Source: Desulfobacterales bacterium
GTDB taxonomy: Bacteria > Desulfobacterota > Desulfobacteria > Desulfobacterales > UBA5616
DNA: 64,000 nucleotides
Direction: 5' to 3'
Assembly (NCBI GenBank): GCA_046483495.1
Contig: JAWODC010000092.1
Coordinates: 1-64,000, forward strand
Part shown: positions 50,836 through 59,748 of the stretch, one piece after another
Layout: the number at the start of each line of letters is the position of its first letter
How positions within the stretch are numbered: position 1 is the first letter of the stretch
Made by a program: the position numbers and the translations under genes
Notes under the pieces: model-generated
Database searches by the model: none
The model's input: the letters and a program-made list of their open reading frames with translations, nothing else
Told to the model about the DNA's origin: nothing

Positions 50836-50982
50836 TAGCGCCCATCCAGAAATGGCTAATTCGCTCCGTTTCGGCGTTGGCCGGTAAATTTTAATCCTCA
50901 AAATACTCAATGTATTCCTGTGGTTAAAATTAACCGGCCGCCTTGAACTGAATCGAATTTTCTCATTTCTGGAAGGGCACTG
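50836..50982 (+). mobile_element. Full-length ~147-bp palindromic MITE/REP-like element
   Basis: Terminal inverted repeats TAGCGCCCATCCAGAAATG / CATTTCTGGAAGGGCACTG, with nested arms GGCCGGTAAATTTTAA / TTAAAATTAACCGGCC. Near-identical copy at 59550. Confidence 0.8.
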
Positions 50983-51024
50983 GATAGTGCCCATCTTGTT
51001 TAATTTGAGGCTGGAGGAAGGCGC

Positions 51025-51915
51025 ATGCGGATTGTCACCAGACCGGATTTTGACGGAGTAGTATGTGCTGTTTTGCTGAAGGATGTCCTTCCCATCGACC
51101 AGCCGATAAAGTGGGTCGAACCCAGCGATATGCAAAAGCAATTGGTGGAAGTGGTTTCCGGAGATGTCATCGCCAATTTGCCTTACAGCAGCTCATGTTC
51201 CTTGTGGTTCGACCATCATTATTCCAACCGGCCGACACATGATTTTAAAGGATCCTTCCAACTCGCCCCCTCCGCTGCCCGGGTTATTTTCGATTACTAC
51301 GGCGGCCGGTTCCAAAAGGACTACACCGAACTGGTGAGCCGGGCGGATAAGATCGATGCGGCCGATTTGAATAAAGATGAGGTAGCCCATCCCGAAAAAT
51401 ATCCCTATATTCTTCTTTCCATGACGATTTCGGGCAGGGAGGATTATGATGAGGCCTACTGGAACCGGCTGGTCGATTTCATGGGTGCCGCCCGTATCGA
51501 CGAGGTCATGGCCGATCCGGTGGTCTCCGCAAAGTGCGCCAATGTGCTTTTACAGAATGCCCGATACAAAACACTTCTCGAAGAAAACACCCGTGTCGAG
51601 GGCCATGTGGCAATCAGCGATTTTAGAAATCGGGACGAAATCCCGGCAGGAAACCGCTTTCTCGGCTACTGCATGTTCCCGCAGACGGTGGTTCATGTGA
51701 AGATCCGTTATGATAACAAATATGATAACAAATTGGTCGTCTCCGTCGGGCACAGTATTTTCAACCGTAATTGTCAAGTGAATGTCGGAAAGATGCTGTC
51801 ACGGTTCGAGGGCGGAGGGCACGAAAAAGCCGGTTCGTGCACGTTTGACGCAGAAAAAGCGGATGACTATATCCCACGCATAATTGACATTCTCAAGGAA
51901 AACAAGGCGCTCTAG
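51025..51915 (+). CDS. DHH-family phosphoesterase (exopolyphosphatase/NrnA-like)
   Basis: TRPDFDG, FDHH and GGGH..AG motifs. Confidence 0.88.
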   Translation: MRIVTRPDFDGVVCAVLLKDVLPIDQPIKWVEPSDMQKQLVEVVSGDVIANLPYSSSCSLWFDHHYSNRPTHDFKGSFQLAPSAARVIFDYYGGRFQKDYTELVSRADKIDAADLNKDEVAHPEKYPYILLSMTISGREDYDEAYWNRLVDFMGAARIDEVMADPVVSAKCANVLLQNARYKTLLEENTRVEGHVAISDFRNRDEIPAGNRFLGYCMFPQTVVHVKIRYDNKYDNKLVVSVGHSIFNRNCQVNVGKMLSRFEGGGHEKAGSCTFDAEKADDYIPRIIDILKENKAL

Positions 51916-51927
51916 CAAAAAGTCGCA

Positions 51928-53262
51928 TCAGGCGGAGCAAAGTTTCTTCAGCTTTCGAAGTTCATCCCACGAAAATGAATCTTTTCGACAGGGAAAAACC
52001 GAATTGTTGGTGAACACAGGATCCGATTCGATATCATACCGCGAACTTGCAACGGCTTTTTCCCAAAGTGCCGTATGGGGAATAGGGGTGTAATAGGCCA
52101 AAACAGGCGTTAATCCCTGGGATTTTACCAGCAGAACGGCATCTTGGATTTCCTTCAGGGACTGTCCCGGCAGCCCCGCAAGCAGGTATGCACCCACCTG
52201 ATCTTTTCGAAATCCGGCGGACCTCAAATTAAAAGCGGCCTGCAGAAATTCGCTTTGCGTGACTTTGGCGTCCAAATTTCCGGCACCAAATGAGCCCGTC
52301 TCCAGACCCAGGCGTATCGTATGAAACCCGGCAGCCGCCATCAGATCCGCTATTTCACGGGTAATGCCGGCAATGTGAAGGGCATTCGGCGTGTGGAAGC
52401 GAACCCGGATATCGGATCTTATCACCGACTCCAGCAAGGGTACGATGTGGTCATCCGGATTCACAAGCAGTGCATCGTCATAAAAAACAAAATCCACCAC
52501 ATCGTGCTTTCGATGCCAATACATGATTTCATCACACACATTTTCCGGGCTGCGGCGCATCAATTTAGGATTCAAGAAGCGTGAAGCGCAGTAGGCACAA
52601 TTGAAAGGGCAGCCAAAGGAGGTCATAAGAGGAATATAGGCAATCCTGGTCTGAAGGTCGAATGCCGGCTTCGGGAACGTATCCGGATCATCCGGGTCGA
52701 ATGTTACGGCCGGGGTGTAACCGGTGAATGCATCGACAAGATCGAACAGCATATGGACCCCCGAACCCGGAATAACGGCATCCGCGCCGGAATTTCTCCT
52801 TGCGTGTTCTTCACACAGGGTCGTGTATACTCCTCCGAGCACAACCGGCACATCCGGAAACGCCGATTTGATCATGCGGATGGTTTCGTTGACGCCTGTG
52901 TGCCAGTAAGTCATCAATGAGGTGACCAGAATCAGGTCCGGTCGCGGGATGCGGTTCATGTCCTCCAAAAACCACGAGGGCTTAATGCCGTACCGGGAGT
53001 ACGTTCTCGGAATATCGGCGAAACCCGCCGGTTTTGCAATCGGGGTTTTCCGGTAAGGACCCCGGCCGCAGCGTTTTTTATCGTCTTTTAAACGTGACTT
53101 TTGATGGAACCTGTCCAGGCAGTCAACATAGGAGATGCGGACATCGTGCCGACGCAGCAGTCCTCCCAACAAAAGCAGCCCCATGGGCTTTGCCCAGAAG
53201 TCGTAGGCGGCAAAATCGTGGATCCACGGATTGACCAGCAGAATATGGGGCGCATGGTCCAT
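51928..53262 (-). CDS. B12-binding-domain radical SAM protein
   Basis: N-terminal cobalamin-binding fold (LVNPW...PMGLL, LGGVY) and GCPFNCAYC motif. Confidence 0.9.
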   Translation of the reverse strand: MDHAPHILLVNPWIHDFAAYDFWAKPMGLLLLGGLLRRHDVRISYVDCLDRFHQKSRLKDDKKRCGRGPYRKTPIAKPAGFADIPRTYSRYGIKPSWFLEDMNRIPRPDLILVTSLMTYWHTGVNETIRMIKSAFPDVPVVLGGVYTTLCEEHARRNSGADAVIPGSGVHMLFDLVDAFTGYTPAVTFDPDDPDTFPKPAFDLQTRIAYIPLMTSFGCPFNCAYCASRFLNPKLMRRSPENVCDEIMYWHRKHDVVDFVFYDDALLVNPDDHIVPLLESVIRSDIRVRFHTPNALHIAGITREIADLMAAAGFHTIRLGLETGSFGAGNLDAKVTQSEFLQAAFNLRSAGFRKDQVGAYLLAGLPGQSLKEIQDAVLLVKSQGLTPVLAYYTPIPHTALWEKAVASSRYDIESDPVFTNNSVFPCRKDSFSWDELRKLKKLCSA

Positions 53263-53273
53263 TTAAAGCCCTT

Positions 53274-53762
53274 TTAATCTTCCTCCACGTCGTTTGTGGA
53301 GAAATATGCCATCGATGTTTTTTTCAATTCTTTGAGGCTGAAGAGCACGGTGAATCGATCGACACGGGCTTTTCGGGACATTTCCCGGGCTGTTCTCAGG
53401 CAGGATTGCTTATCTGCGGCGTGTATCATCGTATAGAGGTTGTAGGGCCATCGGTCACCGGGATCTCTCCGGTAGCAGTGGGACACTTCCGCAAATGATG
53501 TCATGATGGTGCCGACGTCATCGATACGATCTTCGTCCACACACCAGGCTACCATGGCATTTGCATTGAAGCCGGACTTCTGATGGCGAAGCGTTGCACC
53601 GAACCGTCGGATTATTCCGCGGCTGCAAAGTCTTTCCAGTGTTTCAATAAACGTTTCCTCGTCAATGCCGATTTCGGCGGCAAGTTGACGAAAAGGCCGT
53701 GTCGTCAGCGGAATATCCGCTTGTACGGCGGCGGCTACTTTTTTTTCCAGATCCGTCAGCAT
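53274..53762 (-). CDS. ahbB: Siroheme decarboxylase subunit (AhbB/NirH-like, Lrp/AsnC fold)
   Basis: RPF...A, IRRFGATLRHQKSG, SHCYRR, WPYNLYTMIH and ELKKTS motifs. Confidence 0.85.
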   Translation of the reverse strand: MLTDLEKKVAAAVQADIPLTTRPFRQLAAEIGIDEETFIETLERLCSRGIIRRFGATLRHQKSGFNANAMVAWCVDEDRIDDVGTIMTSFAEVSHCYRRDPGDRWPYNLYTMIHAADKQSCLRTAREMSRKARVDRFTVLFSLKELKKTSMAYFSTNDVEED

Positions 53763-53763
53763 G

Positions 53764-54930
53764 TTACCTTTTTTTCATCCTGTTTAAATTCTGCGAAGCA
53801 TCGGCACGCGTGCCGTGATTGGCGGAAATGTTCCGTTTCTCGGGAAACAGCCGGAGAATATCCGCTTTCCCGGCACTGCAGACGCCCCGTTCGGTGATGA
53901 AACCGGTTACAAGTCGTGCCGGTGTGACATCGAAAGCATAATTCATGGCGGGACTTTCGTTCGGCATAACGAGAACGTTTCGAATCTTGCCGTCATCCAG
54001 CCCCTGGACATAACGAACCTCGTCGGGATCCCGTGTTTCGATATGTATGTGTGCCCGGCCGTCGGTCATGGTCCAGTCGAACGTGCTGGAAGGCAGCGCC
54101 ACATAAAAAGGGATTTCGTTGTCTTTTGCCGCCAACGCTTTCAAATACGTTCCGATTTTATTGGCTACATCCCCGGTGTGGGTTGTTCTGTCCGTACCTA
54201 CAAGGACCAGATCCACCAGCTTGTGCTGCATGAGGTGGCCGCCCGTGTTGTCACAGATGACGGTATGCGGCACCCCGCTTTTGCCCAACTCCCATGCGGT
54301 TAACCGGGCGCCCTGGTTTAACGGGCGGGTTTCATCCACCCAGACATGAACCTTGATGCCTGCATTGTGGGCGGCATAGATGGGGGCGGTCGCCGTTCCG
54401 TATTGAACACAGGCAAGCCAACCGGCATTGCAGTGGGTCAGGATATTTACGGTTCCGCCCTGCTTTTGTCTGGCGATTTTCTTCAGAATCGGCAATCCAT
54501 GTTCCCCGATTTTTCTGCAGTTTTCGATTTCCTGCTGCTCTATTCGTTTGGCCTGTTCAAAAGCGCGCTTTGCGTTATCTTCTTCATCCATCAGCGGCAA
54601 AACGCCGGATAATACGGCATCCACCGCCCAGGCGAGGTTGACGGCCGTCGGTCGGACCGATGTTATCCGTGAGCATTCATGCAGCAGATCATCCGCAGTC
54701 GTTTTTTCCGCTCGGGCGTTTTTAAGCGCGAGGTACACACCATAAGCGCCTGTGACGCCGATAAGCGGCGCTCCGCGCACGGCCATTTCAGCGATCGCCG
54801 TTATCACATCATCAACCGTTTCGAGCGTGAGGATGTGGACTTCATGGGGAAGGTGCCGTTGATCGATAATATGAATGCTTTGTGTCGTGCTGTCAGTCCA
54901 GATCGGCTGAAGATTGTTCGTGTCCATCAT
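53764..54930 (-). CDS. mtnA: S-methyl-5-thioribose-1-phosphate isomerase
   Basis: DQR.LP, VRGAP.IG, RPTAVNL, THCNAG.LA, ETRP..QG, NKIGTY and FDVTP motifs. Confidence 0.95.
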   Translation of the reverse strand: MMDTNNLQPIWTDSTTQSIHIIDQRHLPHEVHILTLETVDDVITAIAEMAVRGAPLIGVTGAYGVYLALKNARAEKTTADDLLHECSRITSVRPTAVNLAWAVDAVLSGVLPLMDEEDNAKRAFEQAKRIEQQEIENCRKIGEHGLPILKKIARQKQGGTVNILTHCNAGWLACVQYGTATAPIYAAHNAGIKVHVWVDETRPLNQGARLTAWELGKSGVPHTVICDNTGGHLMQHKLVDLVLVGTDRTTHTGDVANKIGTYLKALAAKDNEIPFYVALPSSTFDWTMTDGRAHIHIETRDPDEVRYVQGLDDGKIRNVLVMPNESPAMNYAFDVTPARLVTGFITERGVCSAGKADILRLFPEKRNISANHGTRADASQNLNRMKKR

Positions 54931-55342
54931 GTTCTCGTGATTTACCGGTTTAATGGCAGCGTCGATTCTGTCCGACAAAGGTCTGCCACGGGCGCCATCC
55001 TTTCTTTCACGTATTATAAGGGATGTCTCTTCTTGACAATACCTTTTTAAAACCTTCTTTGGTTTCCTTTGAATCCCGTGTTTTCATCCTTGCCTTGCGA
55101 CCGCCTCGGCGAGTCGCAAGGCTTCTTGCGGCGGCCATCCGGGTGCACGGCGGCAAAAGGCCGTGACCCGATATCAGCAGGTTGAGCTTTTGGCTTGACA
55201 GGACAAGGTAAACAGCTTTACGTATTATGTATAATTTCAATTCCGGGTTTGTGATCGACGCGATTCGGGCGTTTTGATTTCCGAATGAGCCCAAACGCAT
55301 TCCTTTCAAGCTCCGATCATCCTATACACGGAAAGAATCATA

Positions 55343-55834
55343 ATGAAACTGAAGCGCTTGGTGCTGTTCTGCTTGGCAATTGTGTTGCTGTGCGCCTGCC
55401 GGGCTCAAGGTGGGGGCGACAACCATCTGCTGGGGTTAGGGATGGGATCGATCGGCGTTTTGGATCATACAAAGGTGTTGTTCGGAAGCCTGGAATACCG
55501 GCCGAATATCCAGTTTTACAAATTCAAGCCCTGGTTCAGCCTGGAAGCAGGACACCACCTGTTTTACCTGTCCACGGGCGTCTTGATCGATTTCAGGCTG
55601 TCCCGGCGCCTTCTCTTTACGCCCGGCTTTGGAGCCGGGGTGTATACCGATGACCGGGAGATAGACTTGGGGCATATGCTCGAGTTCCAGTCCAGTGCTG
55701 AAATCAGCTACCGGTTCGATAATGCCGCAAGACTCGCCCTCTGCTACGGACATATATCGAATGCCGGCATCGACACAAACAATCCGGGAACGGAAATGCT
55801 TAAAATTTCGTATTTCGTACCGTTTGGAAAATAA
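55343..55834 (+). CDS. Acyloxyacyl hydrolase / PagL-like lipid A deacylase (outer-membrane barrel)
   Basis: Signal peptide, DLG...EF and H.SNAG...NPG.E catalytic motif. Confidence 0.85.
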   Translation: MKLKRLVLFCLAIVLLCACRAQGGGDNHLLGLGMGSIGVLDHTKVLFGSLEYRPNIQFYKFKPWFSLEAGHHLFYLSTGVLIDFRLSRRLLFTPGFGAGVYTDDREIDLGHMLEFQSSAEISYRFDNAARLALCYGHISNAGIDTNNPGTEMLKISYFVPFGK

Positions 55835-55853
55835 GAACCGAAACCACAGCGTT

Positions 55854-56864
55854 TTATTGAACCCAATTCACATCGAATATCCGGTAGTCAAGCAGATAGT
55901 CTTTTCCGGGAAAGAGATTCAGCTTCGATGCTTCTTCGGATGTAACGTGCATCGTCAGGCTCAAATCGCCGGCCGTAAACGTTGCTGAAATGTTGCCTGT
56001 CCGCCGGCTCAGGGCCATACGGCAGAGTGTTCCTGAAAATCGATGGCTTTCCGTTTTTTCGGTGATTCGATCGGTTGGAGAAACGATGTTCGGCCGGAGC
56101 AGGGCGATTGCTTTTCGGTCTGGTGGCGGTGGCACGATGATGATCTGCCGGTCATCCACTGATTTTCCCCACATGCCGTTTTTCAGACTGCGCCAGGGCC
56201 CCTCGACGATGCTTCCCTGTTCAGCCGCAAAGAGCCTTCCTTTATGCATATGAAGAACCGTATCGCATATCTCATGCAGCCACTGCTGATCATGACTGGC
56301 GACGACAAGGGTGGTCCCCCATTCTTCCCGGGCCCGCAGAGCCGCCTTTTTGATTAACACGGCGCTATGGGCGTCAACATTGGCCGTGGGTTCATCCAAT
56401 AGAAGGATTTGGGGTTCCAGCACCAGCCGTGCGGCCAATGCGACGCGCTGGGTTTCACCGCCGGAGAGTTCGCTGAAATGTCGATGTGAGAAATCTCCGG
56501 GAGAAAGACCCACCCAGGACAAGGCACGGTAGACGTTCTTTCGTGCGTTATCCCCTTTTTTCCTGATTTTCAGCCCGTAAACGATATTATCATAAACCGA
56601 CCGCCGCATGAGATAGGGATCCTGGGTGAGAAGGGTGACTTTGAAGCGAACCCTGTCGGAGAAGGGTGTTTCCGGTCTGCCGAAAAATTGGATAACGCCT
56701 TGTGATGGCTTCTTCATGAAGGCCAAAAGCATGAGCAGGGTGGTTTTGCCGCTGCCGTTGGGTCCGGCCAAACCGGTGATGGTACCTTTTTCGATGGTCA
56801 GGTCTTCAATCCGGAGAACCGTTTTTCTGTGGTACCGGTGTTCGAGATGCTGGATATGATACAT
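55854..56864 (-). CDS. tupC: Tungstate ABC transporter ATP-binding protein
   Basis: GPNGSGKT, LSGGE and LLLDEPT motifs, C-terminal TOBE-like region, downstream of tupB. Confidence 0.85.
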   Translation of the reverse strand: MYHIQHLEHRYHRKTVLRIEDLTIEKGTITGLAGPNGSGKTTLLMLLAFMKKPSQGVIQFFGRPETPFSDRVRFKVTLLTQDPYLMRRSVYDNIVYGLKIRKKGDNARKNVYRALSWVGLSPGDFSHRHFSELSGGETQRVALAARLVLEPQILLLDEPTANVDAHSAVLIKKAALRAREEWGTTLVVASHDQQWLHEICDTVLHMHKGRLFAAEQGSIVEGPWRSLKNGMWGKSVDDRQIIIVPPPPDRKAIALLRPNIVSPTDRITEKTESHRFSGTLCRMALSRRTGNISATFTAGDLSLTMHVTSEEASKLNLFPGKDYLLDYRIFDVNWVQ

Positions 56865-56888
56865 GGTTTTTTTTCTCTATAACACCCG

Positions 56889-57575
56889 TCATTTCCGGCG
56901 AAAAAGAGACAGCATGGCACTGACGATAAACGCAATCATCAGCAATACGATCCCCAGTGCGATTCCCATGGCGAACTGCCCCTTGTTGGTTTCAAGGGCG
57001 ATCGCAGTTGTGATGGTCCGTGTATGCCATTTGATGTTTCCTCCCACCATCATCGAAATGCCGACTTCCGTGAGAACCCTGCCATAGGCGGTGATCGCTG
57101 CGGCGAATATGCCGTAGCGAACTTCCCATAAACTGCTCTGTATCAACTGGCGACGGTTTACCCCTAACGACATCAATGTGGCGCGCAACGGGTAATCCAT
57201 GCCTTCCACGGCTGTTGCACAGAGCGCTATAATGATCGGCAGGGCCAGAATGGCTTGTCCAACGGCAATGCCGGGAAGTGTGAACAGCAGATTCAAGTCC
57301 CCCAACGGCCCTCGTTGCGACAAAAATGCATACACCATGAGTCCGATAAACACGGTGGGAAGAGCCAGCAATGTATCCACAATTGTGCGGACATGCCGTT
57401 TTCCGGGAAAGTCGAAGTAACCCAGCAGAAAGCCCAATGGAATTCCGGCAACGAGGCTGATGAGCATTGAATATGACGTTACTTCGAGTGACGCTGCTAT
57501 GGCGGAATACGTTTCCGGGTCCCCCAAAAACAGCAGGTGGAAGGCCCCGGCAATTCCATTTAATATAAAGTCCAT
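56889..57575 (-). CDS. tupB: Tungstate ABC transporter permease
   Basis: LPTV.IGL and EVGISMMVGGNIKWHTRTITTAIALET motifs. Confidence 0.92.
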   Translation of the reverse strand: MDFILNGIAGAFHLLFLGDPETYSAIAASLEVTSYSMLISLVAGIPLGFLLGYFDFPGKRHVRTIVDTLLALPTVFIGLMVYAFLSQRGPLGDLNLLFTLPGIAVGQAILALPIIIALCATAVEGMDYPLRATLMSLGVNRRQLIQSSLWEVRYGIFAAAITAYGRVLTEVGISMMVGGNIKWHTRTITTAIALETNKGQFAMGIALGIVLLMIAFIVSAMLSLFRRK

Positions 57576-57592
57576 CGGGAATCACCGATCTG

Positions 57593-58447
57593 TTATTTGC
57601 AGGTGCCGTTGGTACGTGCATTAGGGATGTACAACTGTTTTCCTGAAATTTTGAAATCCCCGATGAGTTGCTGAGCCGTGTCCCCCGCAAGCCAATCGGC
57701 AAGCGATCGGGCTTCATCGGCTTTTACATTCGGGCAGTGATCGGGATGAACCGGAATGATGCTGTATTGATTGTTCAGCAGGGGATCTTTTTCCACTAAA
57801 ATCTGTAATGTCTGATCGGCGCTTTTTTGATTCCGGTATTTGATATAAGTGCCGCGGTCGGAGAGGGTGTACCCGTTTTGCTCATCGGCGATTCGGATGG
57901 TGGACAGCATTCCCTGTCCGGTTTCGAGGCGCCATTCGGTTCTTTCGGGAATCGTTGCACCCGCCAAACGCCACAGTTTAAGCTCCTTTTTGTGGGTTCC
58001 GGAATTGTCCCCCCTGCTGATAAACAATGCCTTTTGCCGGTACAGCGTTTTCATGGCCTCTTCGACCGGATTGCCGGCAATTCCGGCAGGATCGGAGGAC
58101 GGCCCGATGATGACGAAATCATTGTACATGATGTGACGGCGGAAAATGCCGTAGCCGTCGGAAACAAATTTCATTTCAGCTTCCGGTGCGTGAACCAGCA
58201 GGACGTCGACATCGCAGTTTTCACCCAGTTTCAGGGCTTTGCCCGTACCGGTGGCGATCCACTTTATATCGATGCCGGTTGTACGGGTAAAGTGGGGAAG
58301 CAGGTAGTCCAGAAGACCGGTATCATCGGTGCTGGTCGTTGTCGCCATCGTCAACGCCCCCTGTCCGGCAAAAAGGGGCATCCAAAGAGGGGCGAACATA
58401 AAAACGAGAAAAAAAACACACATGCCGGCATACATCGCTTTTTTCAT
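57593..58447 (-). CDS. tupA: Tungstate ABC transporter substrate-binding protein
   Basis: TupA signature TTTS, plus GTG.AL, MYNDF and SRGDNSGTH motifs. Confidence 0.93.
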   Translation of the reverse strand: MKKAMYAGMCVFFLVFMFAPLWMPLFAGQGALTMATTTSTDDTGLLDYLLPHFTRTTGIDIKWIATGTGKALKLGENCDVDVLLVHAPEAEMKFVSDGYGIFRRHIMYNDFVIIGPSSDPAGIAGNPVEEAMKTLYRQKALFISRGDNSGTHKKELKLWRLAGATIPERTEWRLETGQGMLSTIRIADEQNGYTLSDRGTYIKYRNQKSADQTLQILVEKDPLLNNQYSIIPVHPDHCPNVKADEARSLADWLAGDTAQQLIGDFKISGKQLYIPNARTNGTCK

Positions 58448-58674
58448 TGTGAGCCTCCAAAATGCCTGGTTTTTCATCCGTTTTTCACTTTTCTCTCAAG
58501 TTAAAAAATTCTTACCGAAAATGATCGTCATTAGTCAATATAAAGATGCTCAGGTATGGATATATAACCAGAATTCGTAAAATTGACATAAAAGAAGTAA
58601 AAATGACAGATAATTCGCTTCGAGGCGTGCTTTTTGAAACCCGTCTTGGACATCGGCGGATGATCTGCCGGCCG

Positions 58675-59169
58675 TCAACCCGAGGAGAGTATGTTTTCGA
58701 TTACGTTCATGCCGTTTTCATCGATGATGCCCAACCTCATCGCCGTTTTTGGTTTCAGAAGCGCAAAATTTCCTTGCGAGGTTGCGCAAATGGTTTGGCG
58801 GCTGTCGGAAATTCTTCCTTCAACCAGGGCTTGGTTTCTGCCGGTCCGTTTTATCGGTGCGGCCCAGGCGGTGAGGGCTTCGCCGACAGAAACAGGTTTG
58901 ATGAAATCGATGGTCATGGATCTGGTCAACACGATTTTTTTCAGTACATGCAGAGCAGACCAACTCATGATTTCATCCAATATAACGGAGAGAATCCCGC
59001 CATGCACGAGTGGGCTCCATCCGCACATGAATTCAGGTACGGTTATGTGGGAAACGACGGATGTCTGATTTCCCAAAAATGTCATCTTCAGGCCGTAGGG
59101 GTTTGTCTGGGAGCATCCGAAACATTTATGGCTGTAACCTTTTGTCAGCGTTTTGTAGGCATCGGTCAT
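58675..59169 (-). CDS. PaaI-family thioesterase
   Basis: CFGC...NP.GL and HGG.....LDE motifs. Confidence 0.9.
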   Translation of the reverse strand: MTDAYKTLTKGYSHKCFGCSQTNPYGLKMTFLGNQTSVVSHITVPEFMCGWSPLVHGGILSVILDEIMSWSALHVLKKIVLTRSMTIDFIKPVSVGEALTAWAAPIKRTGRNQALVEGRISDSRQTICATSQGNFALLKPKTAMRLGIIDENGMNVIENILSSG

Positions 59170-59220
59170 GAGCGTCCTCGAGCATGTTCAGAAACGGCAT
59201 CTTTTCGTTTTTTTTCAATA

Positions 59221-59360
59221 CGTTTCCATCCGGAAACGCTGATTCGCTCCATTTCGGTATTGGAAGGAAATGTTAATTCGAAAAAATTGACATATTCCTG
59301 CGGTTGACATTTCCCGTCACATGAACTGAATCGAATCATCTCATTTCCGGATGCACACTA
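59221..59360 (+). repeat. Diverged full-length copy of the MITE/REP-like element
   Basis: CCATCCGGAAACGCTGATTCGCTCCATTTCGG...TATTCCTGCGGTT...GAACTGAATCGAATCATCTCATTTCCGGATGCACACTA. Confidence 0.75.
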
Positions 59361-59517
59361 ACAACAGAAAATCATTTAAATCAATTTTTTTTAGCGGCGA
59401 CTTCCCTTTAGGAGGTTGCCCAATCCGGCCGGAAGAAATTATCCATTGCCCGTAACCATTTGAAATGATATAAAGCAAAGAAGGAAACACGTTTTGTGAC
59501 ATGGAAAACAGCTTTCG

Positions 59518-59544
59518 AAAAATCCCGCTGTAAGCGGGATTTTT
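59518..59544. terminator. Terminator-like palindrome
   Basis: AAAAATCCCGCT-GTA-AGCGGGATTTTT. It lies in a divergent intergenic region, so its role is unclear. Confidence 0.5.
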
Positions 59545-59549
59545 CTAAG

Positions 59550-59694
59550 TATTGTCCAGCCAGAAATGGCTGATTCGCTCCATTTCGGCGTTGGCCGGTA
59601 AATTTTAATCCTCAAGATACTCAATGTATTCCTGTGGTTAAAATTTACCGGCCGCCTTTAACGGATCGAATTTTCTCATTTCTGCTGGAGACTA
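59550..59694 (+). mobile_element. Full-length copy of the palindromic MITE/REP-like element
   Basis: Colinear with and highly similar to 50836-50982, sharing TTTCGGCGTTGGCCGGTAAATTTTAATCCTCAA and TACTCAATGTATTCCTGTGGTTAAAATT. Confidence 0.8.
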
Positions 59695-59748
59695 GGTATC
59701 GATTTTTTTCCGAAAACGGCATAAGGTGAAGAAACTGCAGGGGAAACG

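Noticed and set aside
50818..51141. Short ORFs here and at 59439-59624 sharing the peptide SILRIKIYRPTPK.SE.AISGW
   Set aside because: The similarity is simply translation of the repeated DNA element, not a protein family.
58500..58610. Possible ModE/TunR operator upstream of tupA
   Set aside because: Only a half-site-like TATATAAC and loose inverted repeats are visible, which is not enough to call a site.
58546..59307. 253-aa plus-strand ORF
   Set aside because: Antisense to the PaaI thioesterase and runs into a repeat element.
59221..59694. Two nearby repeat copies considered as a CRISPR array
   Set aside because: The units are about 145 bp with TIRs and are dispersed across the window. 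There is no regular repeat-spacer period and no cas gene.
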